Assembly: GCF_006345805.1 (NCBI RefSeq)
Contig: NW_021836310.1
Location: 9,746-73,745, forward strand
Length of the DNA stretch: 64,000 nucleotides
Direction of reading: 5' to 3'
Source of the DNA: Octopus sinensis
Lineage: Eukaryota
Positions 1 through 13,611 of the stretch are shown in pieces (the stretch's first letter is position 1; every line of letters begins with the position of its first letter). The position numbers were made by a program, and so were the translations under genes. Below the pieces are notes generated by a model. The model searched no databases and was not told the origin of the DNA. It saw only the letters and a program-made list of their open reading frames with translations.

Positions 1-116
1 GGTTCTTCAATTGCTTTCATTTCACCATTTCACCATTTGACTTATACCTTCTGTTCCGACCAGCTTTCCTCTTCTCATCGCCATCACAATACATTTTGAA
101 AATCCAAACTCGACTG

Positions 117-272
117 CTTAAAGTCAAGCAACTGACAAGAAAATCTGTGGTATTGAGCAGAATATTTGCTGTAGCCCATCTTTTATGCCAAGACAAAACA
201 ATCTACATGGTAAGACTTCTAGTAGTTAAGATCAGAAGCCATGAGAGCCACTGTCTGGTACTGCATTAGGGC
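117..272 (-). mobile_element. Partial copy of the 520-bp (TAA)n-flanked repeat
   Basis: Matches 735-863 (caactgacaag..aatctgtggtattg..cagaatatttgctgtagc). Confidence 0.7.
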
Positions 273-279
273 TATTCTT

Positions 280-342
<63 letters not shown>

Positions 343-863
343 GAGTGAGAGAGCTGCGCATGCCATCAAAGCGACACTGGAGTGCAAATATACGAAGTCC
401 CATAGACCTATCACGACTACCTGTCTGAAAAAGGTACACCAGGCACATGCATCACAACATGTGTGCGCGACATGGTGATCTCATATCAAGAAACTGCGTG
501 TGACCTTGCAGTTAGTATTTTCTTCAGGTCAAATAACCCATCCCGTTCAAAAGATCGCTGAATAAGGGTTGTTTAAGGATGATGAACGAAACACCCATGT
601 TTCTAGAAGGGAATTATTCAAATCTCAAAGAATTCTTCCCAACACATGGCTACGATGCTCCCCCACTACCCCTACTCGTGATCAGTCATGCACATATTGT
701 CAACCAGCAGGGGACATGTTCAACTGGTTAAGGTCAAGCAACTGACAAGCAAATCTGTGGTATTGAACAGAATATTTGCTGTAGCGTATCTTTTATACCA
801 AGACAAAACATTACATGATAACACTTCCAGCCACGAGAGCCACTGCCTGGTACTGCATGAGGA
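343..863 (-). mobile_element. About 520-bp (TAA)n-flanked interspersed repeat, probably a LINE 3' end or non-autonomous retroposon
   Basis: Ends CTCTCTCACTC(AAT)n on the minus strand and is flanked by TAT/AAT tracts on both sides; four other copies in the window. Confidence 0.75.
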
Positions 864-908
864 CTATTATTATTATCATTATTATCATTATTATTATTAT
901 TATTATTA

Positions 909-1017
<109 letters not shown>

Positions 1018-1405
1018 CATCATCATCATCATCATCAACATCATCTTCATTGTTTTATAGACAACATTACGGATTTTCCAAGAGTTAGTCAGCAAACTCG
1101 TAGTTAGTAAAGGGTGCTAAAGAATACTGGTAAGAATCAAGAGATAAGCTGACAAATTTTAATCCTCTATTATCTTAATTCTCCGCTATCTTTCATTCTC
1201 CATTATCTCAGCCAGATCTATCCACATATAAAATATATCAGACACTGAACGAGATAAACAAAGTCTTTGTTTGCGTCAAACAAACCATATTCCTATGAAC
1301 TATATACTACCAAGATCGTGTTGTTTGGAATCACTCTTAATTGTTCTGGTAGAGACGATTCGGAAATTTTATGGCATTACTTGTTTCAATGCAGAAATCA
1401 CCAGT

Positions 1406-1546
<141 letters not shown>

Positions 1547-2579
1547 CAGAGAAACAGACAGACAGACAGACAAAAAGAAAGAAAGAGAAAGAGAGAGGGA
1601 AGACATATCTGAAATGGTCTTTAACAAAATCTACCAAAACTGGAGGTGCAATATATTCTTAAGGATCCACCAACAGTAAATCAACCCCGTACCTATCCAA
1701 AGCATTCATAAGTTTGTCCTAAAAATCTACGTCTGACGCTTGAAAACAGAATTTCTTTCATATGTGAGGCATGAACACCGAGGAAATAGGTGGTGCTTTA
1801 GACAAAAGAGCAAATCAGTCCTGTTAGAAGACATTGTGTGACATTGGTGAATTATGTTATCGAAAATATATCGTTATAGTCAACCTATCTGTGACATTAA
1901 CCCCTTGCCAGCCCAAAGCATTTTCATGGGTCTGTCCAAAACGTCCATGCTTGTTTCATATGTTCTGAGTAATATAAAGCTTTTCTTCGTAAGTTCCAAG
2001 TTACTCAGGTGGTAAAAACATTGAGAATATGTATCATATTTATGGCCTGTATACCAGGTAACTATAGGGGAACTTTCTAGGTGCAATACCATGGTTATTC
2101 ATGACCGAAGGAGGTCTTTATACCTGATAGGTATGTCCTGATTATAACGTGACAAAATGCTAAGCAGTTCTGTTAGAAGAGGCAATTTAGTGTGACTTTG
2201 GTGAATTATGTTATCGAAAATACATCTTTAGTGTGAACCTATGTGTGACGTTAACCCCTTGCCTGCCCAAAGAATTTTCATAAGTTTGTCCTAAAAGTCC
2301 ATGCTTGTTTTCAGACTTTCAGACATTCTGAGTGATATAAAGTTTTCCTTTCATAAGTCCCAGTTTACTTCGATAATTGAAAAGAAATTGTGAGTGTGAA
2401 CCATTTATAATGCATGAACACCAGGGAAAAAATTATTGTGTATAACACATGATACACAGGACAGGTGAAATGTTATATCATTATTTCATCGAATCCGAAA
2501 GGATAAAATACACAGTTGACTCAAAAGGGATTTGAACTCACGTGAAGAACCAGAATTTGCTAAATAGCATAAAATTTCA

Positions 2580-2975
2580 AATTTGGACGCAAGACCAGCA
2601 AGTTTAGGAGAAGGGGCTAGTCGATTATATCAACTGGTACTTATTTAATCGATCACAAAAGGACGAAAGACAAAGTCGTTCTTGGCGGAATTTGAACTCA
2701 GAACATAAAAACGGACGAAATACCGCTAAGTATTTCGCCCGGCGTGCTAATGCTTCTGCCAGCTCACCGCCTTAAATATTCTTTTCACAAAGCCCGAAAT
2801 TTTGGGGAGGGGCCCAGTCGATTAGAGCGACCCCAGTACACATCTGGTACTTTATTTATCGACCCCGAAAGGATGAAAGGCAAAGTCGACCTCGGCGGAA
2901 TTTGGACTCAGAACGTAAAGACAGACGAAATACCGCTAAGCATTTCACCCGGCGTGCTAACGATTCTACCAGCTC
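2580..2975 (-). mobile_element. Two tandem Meta-like SINE copies
   Basis: CTGGTACTT..TCGACCCCGAAAGGATGAAAGGCAAAGTCGACCTCGGCGGAATTTG blocks. Confidence 0.75.
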
Positions 2976-3342
2976 ACCGGTTTGCTGCTAAATATAAAAA
3001 TGATTTCTAACATTTCCACAACGAAGTCCATTCCGCTGGGATTGGAACTCAGAATGTAATGGGTGGCTCATATATACCACAAAGCATTTGGCTGCTGCTC
3101 AACTGATTCTGTCAATCTATTCTCCTATATAATGAAAATACTAACAATAACGTATTAATGGAATACATTCAAGAGAAAAACTAATTAAATTTCATCAGAA
3201 CCGTTGTTGTCAGTATTATTTATTTAATATTGCTATTGGTTACCAATGCTAATGCGTGCATGTGTGTGTGTGTGTGTGTGTGTGTGTATCCTATATATAA
3301 TGCGTTCATGTAAAAGTGTATAAGTGTATCTACATCTGTCTG

Positions 3343-3375
<33 letters not shown>

Positions 3376-4041
3376 ATATATATATATATATATGTATATG
3401 TGTGTGTGTGTATGTATGTTTATGTGTGCGTGTGTGTATGTGTATGCATGCATATATATATATCTATATATATATATATATACATATGTATCTATATATA
3501 TGTGTCTGTGTGTGTTATATATATATACACACGCACACACACAAACACATACATAATACATATGTATACAAACATTCACACTTACACACACACAAGAGTT
3601 TTATTTGATAAAAATCGATATTACGAGATGATCGAACCGTTCCCTTTTCAATCATTATCAGATGTCTTTATTCCTACTCACATGTACACAGTCACAGGCA
3701 CACGCCAATACCTTACACGCACACACACATCTGCAGACATGCACACGCACACACACACATCTGCAGACATGCACCTGCACACACACACACACACACATCT
3801 ACATACATGCACTCACACACACCTACACCCAGGGACGCGCACACCTACACATAAAAGACAGACATACACAGATATATACAAACACTGTTCCAACCAGTTT
3901 TACAAATAAATGGTCTTACACAAACCAGTCCGCACTATGTACACATCGGAGAATAAGACAAACTGATGACGATCGGAGATCGAACCCGATCGAAGCGTTG
4001 TGTACATATAAACATTAATGTCTTAATATTTTATTCAAGTA

Positions 4042-4435
4042 AGGCGGCGATCTGGCAGAAACATTAGCACGCCGAACGAAATACTTAGAGGTTTTTCATC
4101 TGCCGCTACGTTCTGAGTTCAAATTCCATCGAGGTCGACTTCGCCTTTCATCCTTTCAGGGTCGATTAAATAAGTACCAGTTACACACTGGGGTCGATAT
4201 ATTCGACTTAATCCGTTTGTCTGTCCTTGTTTGTCCTCTCTGTGTTTAGCCCTTTGTGGGTAGTAAAGAAATAGGTATTTCGTCTGTCTTTACGTTCTGA
4301 GTTCAAATTCCGCCGAGATCGACCTTGCTTTTCATCCTTTCGGGGTCGATAAATTAAGTACCAGTTGCGTACTGGGGTCGATCTAATCGACTGGCCCCCT
4401 CCCCCAAAACTTCGGGTCTTGTACCTAGAGTAGAG
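4042..4435 (+). mobile_element. Meta-domain-like SINE, dimeric
   Basis: GGCGGCGATCTGGCAGAA head; TTCTGAGTTCAAAT; GTCGACTT.GCCTTTCATCCTTTCGGGGTCGATAAA..AAGTACCAG block present twice. Confidence 0.75.
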
Positions 4436-4707
4436 CATTCAAGTGAAATGCATGGTGACTGTAACTTCGATGACAGTGTCACCAAAAAATTCATTATAAT
4501 AGATTACAGTGTGTAACAAAATTTTAATTTTATTTTATTTATTGTCATTGGTCAGTAAGTATTATTTCCTATTTCCTTCTATCTAGAATTGAAGAAAGTC
4601 ACTACTATTCCCGTTGCTTTTATGACCTGGACACCAAAGTTTTGAAACTGACCTATTTTCCATTACATTACATCAGTGCTAAGTTGCTGAACCAGAAATA
4701 TCATTAT

Positions 4708-4873
4708 AGCAAATATTCTGCTCAATACCACAGATTTGCTTGTCAGTTGATTGACCATAACCAGATGAACATGTCCCTTAGTGGTTGACAATATGTACAT
4801 TTCTGATGATGAGTAGAAGTGAGGGAGCATCGTAGCCATGTGTTGATAGGGATTCGTTAGGGTTTGAATAAAT
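4708..4873 (+). mobile_element. Partial inverted copy of the 520-bp repeat
   Basis: agcaaatattctgctcaataccacagatttgcttgtcagttg is the reverse complement of the 343-863 copy. Confidence 0.7.
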
Positions 4874-5063
4874 GTAACAAAAGCAAAGTTTGAAGGAATA
4901 TTAGCAATTTTTCATACTTTCTAGGAGTAGGGGTAAGCAAATAGTTGCTACCCAAGGACAAAAATCGTGTTGCACGGTGTCATTAAACTCTTCATCGACA
5001 TTTTTTGGCTACTCAGTGTTTTTAAGGGTTCTTATAAATGTATACGTCAAGTTGTTTAAATAT

Positions 5064-5765
5064 AGGTGCAGGTATGGCTGTGAGATTAAGATGCTCTCTT
5101 CGCAACCACATGGTTTCGAGTTCAGACCCACTGTGCGACATCTCAAGCAAGTGTCTTCTGTTTTAGCCCCTGAGCCAACCAATGCTTTGTGAGTAAATTT
5201 GATAGACGTAAACTGTGAAGAAGCCCATTGTTATATGTATGTGTGTATTTGTGCTTGTGTTTGTCGCCCCACCCAACGTCCACCACCGATTGCCAACCTG
5301 TTCGTTTATGCTCCCGTACCCTAGCGGTTCGGCAAAAAGACACGAATAGAACAAGTACCAAAATTTTTTTAAATAAGTACTTGTGTCGATTTCTTCGACT
5401 AAAGCCTTCAGGCACTGCCCCACAGTCCAATAACTGAACCAAGTAAAAGATTATAATAATTTTAAAAATCCAGTGCTTAACTGGTACTTGGTTTTATAGA
5501 CGCCGGGAGGAAGATAGGCAAAACTAACCTGAGCGGGATTTGAACGCAAAGCACGACGTTTTAACGGTTCTGCCAACCAGTACTAGTAAAATAGGTGCAG
5601 GTGTGGCTGTGTTGTATGGAGTTTGCTGCCCAACTAAATGGTCTTGGGTTCAGTCCCATTGTGTGGCACCTTGGGCAAGTGTCCTCTACTATAACTTCGG
5701 TCCGACTAAATACTTATGAATGGATCTAGTAGAAGGAAACTGAAAAAAGTTTGCCACATATACAT

Positions 5766-5843
<78 letters not shown>

Positions 5844-6010
5844 AATACCACTTGACTGTTGGTCTGTTTACGTCTCCGCAACTTAACGGTTCGGTAAAAT
5901 ATAGGGATAGAATAGGACTAAGCAAAAATAAGTACTGGGATCGATTTGTTCAACTAAACCCTTCATGGTGGTGCTCCAGCATGACTGCAATCCAATAACT
6001 AAATCAAATA
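5064..6010 (+). mobile_element. Two further copies of the CORE-like tRNA-SINE (about 5064-5450 and 5593-6010)
   Basis: Same head, CORE-like block, internal microsatellite and tail as 8461-8906. Confidence 0.75.
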
Positions 6011-6209
6011 CTAAGACCCACCAAGCATTCTCACCGCCATTACTGGATGCTTTTATTATCTGCTACTGATATAGTTTTGTGTTTTTAAGTATAGCTCGTC
6101 CATTAGCAATTTTATCTCGGGACGAATACCACAGTTAAATTGCCTTTAAAATATGATACACATATGGGTATTTTAATCTAATCCTCCTTCTGTTGCATAA
6201 AATGGCTAA

Positions 6210-6317
<108 letters not shown>

Positions 6318-6492
6318 GTGTGTGTGTGTAGATACGTACGCAAGTGTATTATATATGTGTGTGTGTATATATATATATATACATATATTGATAGAAATGG
6401 CAAGACAACAAAAGAATGAAAGAGACCTCGATATTATGTAAATAGAAGCCTTTATCTGTAAATATAATATGTGACAATTATTCGGTAGCCAT

Positions 6493-6553
6493 GATAAAAC
6501 TCCGAGTTTCGGATGCCGGAGCGGAAATCCACGCCGGCATCTCTTCAGTTATC
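6493..6553 (-). ncRNA. Type I hammerhead ribozyme motif in a Penelope-like repeat
   Basis: Minus strand GAUAA-CUGAAGA-GAUGCCGG[14 nt]CCGGCAUC(C)-GAAA-CUCGGAG-UU/UUAUC: stem I 5 bp, stem II 8 bp, stem III 3 bp, full catalytic core, GUU site. Confidence 0.65.
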
Positions 6554-7504
6554 CGGCCTTCGATGACCTGATAACTGAAGAGTGGAGAATTCTCTCTCCG
6601 CTTGCAATATATATCGAGTACGCAGCGCACTGAATAGCAAGCTGCAAGAAGCGTTTTCCTGGGGCTAAAATAGCATCATCATCTGTTCTTAAAGAACGCC
6701 CGCATTTAAGTGGCGATAAACGTTACTTCTCCGTATAAATACTGCTTCCACCTTTAATAGAGATTTTCTTAACGAACTAGTTTGCTAAATAATAACATAT
6801 ATATAATACAGACACACGTGCACATACACACACAACACACACACACAGATACACACAGGCAGGTGGAATGTATTTGGTCGTATGTCTGCTCATTCAAGCG
6901 CTGTATGGGAGTCTAAAATAACAAAATCATGTTATTGTTCTTTTTGTGCCCATGTTTAAAATGGATGCATGGCTGATTAATTGTAACGACCACCTTTCGT
7001 GCCTCAGTTTCGTGTCATCACCAGGATAAAGAGACTTCATCATCCATTAGCAAAAATTTGCTCTTGTCCTCGTTTTTCAAGTGTACAGCAACAGCGCAAG
7101 AAACTATCATGTGTATGTATGTATGTATGTATGTATGTATGTATGTATGTATGTATGTATGTATGTATGTATGTATGTATGTATGTATGTATGTATGTAT
7201 GTGTGTACACTCACGAACGCACCGCTTACATATATAATCAGTGATGAGTCGATGAAAGGATAGCGGGGGAGAAAAAATTGATATGAATACATACATCGTG
7301 TAAGTGTGTGTGTATACATACATACATACATGTAAATATAGGTATGCGTGTATAACCGGTCTTATTTCCGCGTCTCCCTGTACAAGTCTCCAGTGGAGTT
7401 GCGCACTACAGGAGACTTTATATATATATATATTGTGGTTATGTAGATATTATATGTGAATATATATGTATATATATATATATATTATTATATAGATATA
7501 TATA

Positions 7505-7542
<38 letters not shown>

Positions 7543-8097
7543 TAATATACATGAATATGCATATGTATGTATAATATATACATAGCCTTCACACATAGCG
7601 AGGAAAAAGAGAGAGTGAGAGAGATGAGAGAGGTATAGAGAGAGGGAGCTCACGTCCGACCGGTTTTTTTTCTTTTGATAGTATCTCCACCAATATTAAT
7701 AACAGCAATAGTAATAATGATGATGATGATGATAATGATCATCATCATCATGCTAATAATAATATTGCTAGTGATAATGCTAAAAAGAGTTCTAATGAAG
7801 GCATTAGCTATTATCGCTAAATATATTTAGTGCAACAACGACGACATTAAGATAGCTTATTGTGTTCGAACGCCATGTTTAGCGGCGGCGGCAGCCATAT
7901 TAAAACGAGGAGAAACACAATGAAAAGTGACTGGTTTCGTGAGGCGTTGCTGCAGCTGTTGCCGCCGTTGTTGTTGTTGTTGTTGTGGATGATGATGACG
8001 ATGATGACGATGTTATACCTGTTGCTGTTGTTAAGATTTATCCTGATATTGCTGTTGTTGTTGTTGTTGTTTTTGTTGTTGTTGTTGTTGTTGTTGA

Positions 8098-8137
<40 letters not shown>

Positions 8138-8460
8138 CTGGCAAGATGGCTGAATCGTGTGTCAGACAAAATGCTTAGCAGTATTTCTTCCGACTCGTCA
8201 CGTTCTGAGTTCAAATACCACCAAGGTCGACACTTCACCTTTCATCCTCTCGCGATCGATAAAATAAGTACCAGTCTAATCGACTTGCCCCTCCCCTCAA
8301 AAGTGCTGGCCTTGCGTCAAATTTCGAAAGAACAAATACTGTTAACTGTTTTATTGTTTAACGATCAGCTAAACTCTCGGTAAAGAAACTTATAATCGGA
8401 GCGTTCTAGCCATGATCATCGGATCTTATTTGCGACGATTGCATCAAAGATAGTTATCCG

Positions 8461-8906
8461 CAGGAGCGGCTGTGTGGTAAGTAGCTTGCTTACCAGCCAC
8501 ATGGTTCTGGGTTCAGTCCCCTTGCGTGCCACTTTGGGCAAGTGTCTTCTGCTATAGCCTCAGGCTGACCAAAAAGCCTTGTGAGTGGATTTGGTAGACG
8601 GAAACTGAAAGAAGCCCGTCGTATATATGTATATATGTGTGTGTGTGTGTATGTGTATGCGTGCGTGTGTGTGTGTGTGTGTGTCTGTTTGTGTGTATGT
8701 TTGTGTGTCTGTGTTTGTCCCCCCAACATCGCTTGACGACCGATGCTGGTGTGTTTACGTCCCCGTAACTTAGCGGTTTGGCAAAAGAGACTGATAGAAT
8801 AAGTACTAGGCTTACAAAGAATAAGTCCCGGGGTGGATTTGCTCGACTAAAGGCGGTGCTCCAGCCTGGCCAGAGTCAACTGACTGAAACAAGTAAAGAG
8901 AAAGAG
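8461..8906 (+). mobile_element. tRNA-derived SINE with CORE-like domain and internal (TG/TA)n microsatellite, full length
   Basis: A box TGGTAAGTAG, B box GGTTCAGTCCC, CORE-like CTTTGGGCAAGTG, 3' tail GGCGGTGCTCCAGC...ACTGAAACAAGTAAAGAG. Confidence 0.8.
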
Positions 8907-9289
8907 ATATTATGTCCTTCCGTTTTGTAGGACAATGAGGTATTTTTAAAGCGGATTTGGTTGCACTTTCTCCCAGTTCGAGCGGCCATACAGTGGCTCT
9001 GCCTGCTGCTTCTGCTGTTTTTGTTGTGTCTGTTGTTGCTAATGCTGTGACTCCTGTTGCTCTTTTTATTAGTGTATTTGCTGTAGTTGCTATTGTTACT
9101 ACATGCGCTATTACTTCTGCTGCTGCTGCTGCTGCTGTGCTGTTGTTGTTGTTGCTTCAATTAAATAGCATACTTATCAGGCAACAACAATACAACAACC
9201 ATCATCATCATCATTGCCATCATTCACGTCTCCATCAACCACCACCACCACCACCACACCGCCACCGAGCCAATCGCATCTGCACGCAA

Positions 9290-10130
9290 ACATGCACACA
9301 CATGCGTTACACACACACACACACACACACATACATACGTACTTCAACGCAACTCTATTTACATGTATAAACACACGCATACATCTACGCTCGCTGATAT
9401 ACATTCACACATGCTCACACGTACGCACAAATACATATAAACACCGAGACATACACAACTACTTAACGCTGCAGATATACACACATACACACACATTCAC
9501 ACACAACGACACACCAAACTACACACATCCCTACACACATGTGCACATATATTTATACCTACACACACATACATACACATTCACACACAACAACATACAT
9601 CACTACATACACACATGCACACATATCTTAACCTATACACACACACACACACACACATACAGCTACACACTCATACACACACCTTCGCACAGAACCACAT
9701 ACACAACTACATACAACCCTGCACACACACATGCGCACAGATATATATCTATACCCCCCCACACACACACGAACAGCTACACACACATACACATACACAC
9801 ACACTCACACGACCACACATACACAATTACATACATCCCTACACACACGCATGCACACATATATATCTATACCCACATACACACACACACGCACAACTAC
9901 ACACGCACAACTACACACGCACAACTACACACGCATACATACTCATTCACACACAGCGACACACGGTTACATACATCTCTATTTCCACACATGCACACAT
10001 ATATCTATACCCACATACACACACACACGCATACACACTCTCTCACACACAATCACACACACAACTACGTACATACCTACATACACACATGCACACATAC
10101 ATATCCGCACACACACACACAGCTACACAT
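9290..10130. repeat. Imperfect (CA)-rich region with higher-order periodicity
   Basis: Source of the 343-aa and 173-aa H/T-rich ORFs; anchor atgcacacatatatctatacc recurs. Confidence 0.85.
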
Positions 10131-10354
10131 GCGTAGGCACACAAAATACTTGTTATCGGCCATCAGCAGGCAGGCCTGCCATGCAACAGTGTCGAGAGCC
10201 CCAGTTCGCTTGCAGAGATGCGCTCAACGAAGATGGCATCGTTAAGTGTTAACTTCCCTCTCACGACAGCTAACATGTTTCAACTTCAATCACGCTACTA
10301 TTGACACAAAGTGCGTAATGTGTGCACTGACGCATGCACTGTACGCAATGTGTC

Positions 10355-10403
<49 letters not shown>

Positions 10404-10890
10404 TGCACATTTGCATGCAACACCGCCATAACACCAGAGTCGCTCGTATGTTTTCTGTGTCATGTAGTGCCTGTTACATTGTGATTCTGAGTCCAGCGCA
10501 GCTCAAATAAACTTTATCTTACATCTTTCCGAGATCGATTACATTATAACCAAGCGACAGAATAGGTAACTGGGTGGACGTCACCGACCCCACCCCGGAA
10601 GGTGATGACGTCACAGCATCGCACCGCTCCAATGATCTTTACATGTGGGACGATGGTCTCAAAAGGTTATCGCCACGTCCACTGATTTTTGCTGGTGTGA
10701 GACGATGGCCATTCACAGTTGCGGTGGCCTACACTGAACCTAATATATTGAATTCATCGATTCATACTCAGGTTATCGATCACTGATGAATTAAAGGAAA
10801 TGTTGAAGTGGGCAGGGATTGAACTCAAAATGTTAACGGACGTAATCACTCTATTTCCGACAACAGGTATATAATATATACTATATATTA

Positions 10891-10924
<34 letters not shown>

Positions 10925-11215
10925 TCACATTATGCATGTATGTCGACTGCGCTCTCCCTCTGTCTTCTCTGTCTCTCCTCCTAACTATTCTCTGACCTCG
11001 TGTTGTACCGTTGGCGATTTTTTTTTCCTCTGTCTTCCTCCTTTCTCTGGATCTTTCCTCATTGTTTTTCCAACGAGAGCTCCGCTCGAAACGTTAAAAA
11101 ACCCTCACCTTCTTTCCTTCTTCCTGAGCGTCTAAATAATACTATATTTGTTCCACGTCCTGCGCGGATTTTGTTGTGTTGTTTTTTGATTGTGCTTATC
11201 TGTTTGGCTTAAAAC

Positions 11216-11272
<57 letters not shown>

Positions 11273-11439
11273 TATAACATATATATATATATGTATGTAT
11301 GTATATATATATATATGTATATATATACTACATCTGTGTGTGTGGTAATATATATATTCCACTATGTATACGTACATTCATATATAAACTATGATGTATG
11401 TATATTAATATTCATACATGTATATATGTATATATATAT

Positions 11440-11508
<69 letters not shown>

Positions 11509-12275
11509 TGTGTGTGTGTATGTGTGCGTGTGTGTGTGTGTATTTTGATATATATATATATATAGCACTGATCTGCTGTTGTAAAGTCTGAATGTTAAGA
11601 TGAAATATATTTTCCGAAATAACTTTTAGATATCAAAATAAATAAATAAAAAAGAACTAATTAATCCTCTAGATACTGGTTAATCCGCTAGTAACAAGGT
11701 TAATTTATATTACGCATTATGATATATTAATAACGAAAATTTAATTTCATAATTTCCATGTCTCTGTGACATTTAAGGTGCTACAAGATATATCTATATT
11801 TTATTAATTTATAGAATTGTCATTCGAAATACAAAAAAAAGGCTTTTTTTTCAGAGTGCTCATTTTGTTTTTTTCTTAAAAACGTAAGGGTTTGACGTTT
11901 GAAAAAAGATCATCTCTCCGCAATATGATGGTTCGCTTCACTAAACTTACTCTCGCTTTTGTTTGACAAGCTATACACATATCTGCGTGTCGTCAAAAAC
12001 CAGAGGCTGCGATTGCCTTTATAGACGTATTGTGTTCAAAAACACAATAAATTTCAAAGCTAGGCGAAAAGAAATCGCCCAGGAAGTGTGTTCGAGAGCG
12101 ACAGAAACGTATTTCGCCATTGTTGCAGCTTCTCAATGTCACGTAATCGTGTCACTTCCGAAACGAAATTGAATCAATGATGGGCATATTTCCCGGACGA
12201 AAACTGCAGCCTCTATCTTTTCAAACTACACATGTATGTTGAATATGTTATAGTGATAATCTTATCGTTATTATG

Positions 12276-12822
12276 GAGTGAGAGAGCAGTGCATGTCATC
12301 AAAGTGACGAAATATACGAAGTCCAGTATACTCATCATGACTACCCGTCTGATAAGGGCACACTAGGCACATGCATCACAACTATATGTGCGCTACATGG
12401 TGATCTCATATCAAGATAAACAACACATGACCTTGCGGGTGGGGCCCAGCTAGAATTTTCTTCAGGTCGAGTAACCCATCCTGCTCAAAAGGTCCCTGAA
12501 TAAGGGTTGTTTAAGGATGTTGAAGAAAATACCCCATGTTTCCAGAGGGTGAATTATTCAAACCCCAAAGATCCTCTCAACACATGGCTATGATGCTCCC
12601 CCACTATTCTTTCGTACTCAGAGATGCACATATCGTCAGCCACTAAGGGACATGTTCAAATGGTTAAGGTCAAACAATGACAAGCAAATCTGTGTATGGT
12701 ATTGAGCAGAATATTTGCTGTAGCCCATCTTTATACCATTTCAAAACAATGTACATGATAACATTTCCAATCAGTTAAGATCAGAAGCCACGAAAGCCAA
12801 TGCCTGGTACTGCATCAGGGCA
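12276..12822 (-). mobile_element. Full copy of the 520-bp (TAA)n-flanked repeat
   Basis: Collinear with 343-863; followed by a (TAT)n tract to about 12985. Confidence 0.75.
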
Positions 12823-12830
12823 TTTAATCA

Positions 12831-12886
<56 letters not shown>

Positions 12887-12931
12887 TATTATTATTATAT
12901 TAATATTATTATTTTATTATTATTATTATTA

Positions 12932-12974
<43 letters not shown>

Positions 12975-13578
12975 TATTATTATATGGTTGTTATCATAAA
13001 GTTGCTTCTATAGCATAATGCGATATACAAATCATTTCGCATATCAAGCATGTCCGTGCCAAAATTCTACAAACTGGCCATAACATTCCTTGTCATCGTT
13101 TGGCATAATTCTCATATGCACCTAGCAGTATCATTAAATCACTGTTGTCATAAGCAGTAAAATTCAGCTTTAAAACAATAAAACATCCATTCTAAAATCA
13201 AAACAATATCTCAGGATAAAACCATTCTAGAGCATCTTTAATTCAGCGTGAAATGTTGTGCTAACGACGACTGACTTAAAGCCTTATGTTAGTATTTTTT
13301 ATGGGCATCTTGTGTTTGAAAACGAAACACATCGATAGTAGATGAAAATCATCCAGAAATGGTTGGTGAGAATGCTGGATGCGTTTCTGCTTCATTTGGG
13401 AATATATATCATTAAATCAAAAGTTCTCAAAGAGTTGTACAGTAGTTTTGCTATGGAATAGTGAAATTATTTTTTCGTTTTCTGTAAAAGCAATGTTTTG
13501 GATTTACGACACTTATGCATAATAGCGACGACACATATATATGTGTATGTGTGTGTGTGTGTGTGTGTGTTGTGTGTG

Positions 13579-13611
<33 letters not shown>

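Noticed and set aside
7870-7905. GCCATGTT/GCCATATT YY1-like motifs around a (CGG)3 run
   Set aside because: Short motifs expected by chance; no other promoter evidence.
8461-8530. tRNA-like sequences here and at 5064, 5593, 60287 and 61520
   Set aside because: A/B boxes continue into CORE-like SINE bodies and lack a complete cloverleaf; these are SINE heads, not tRNA genes.
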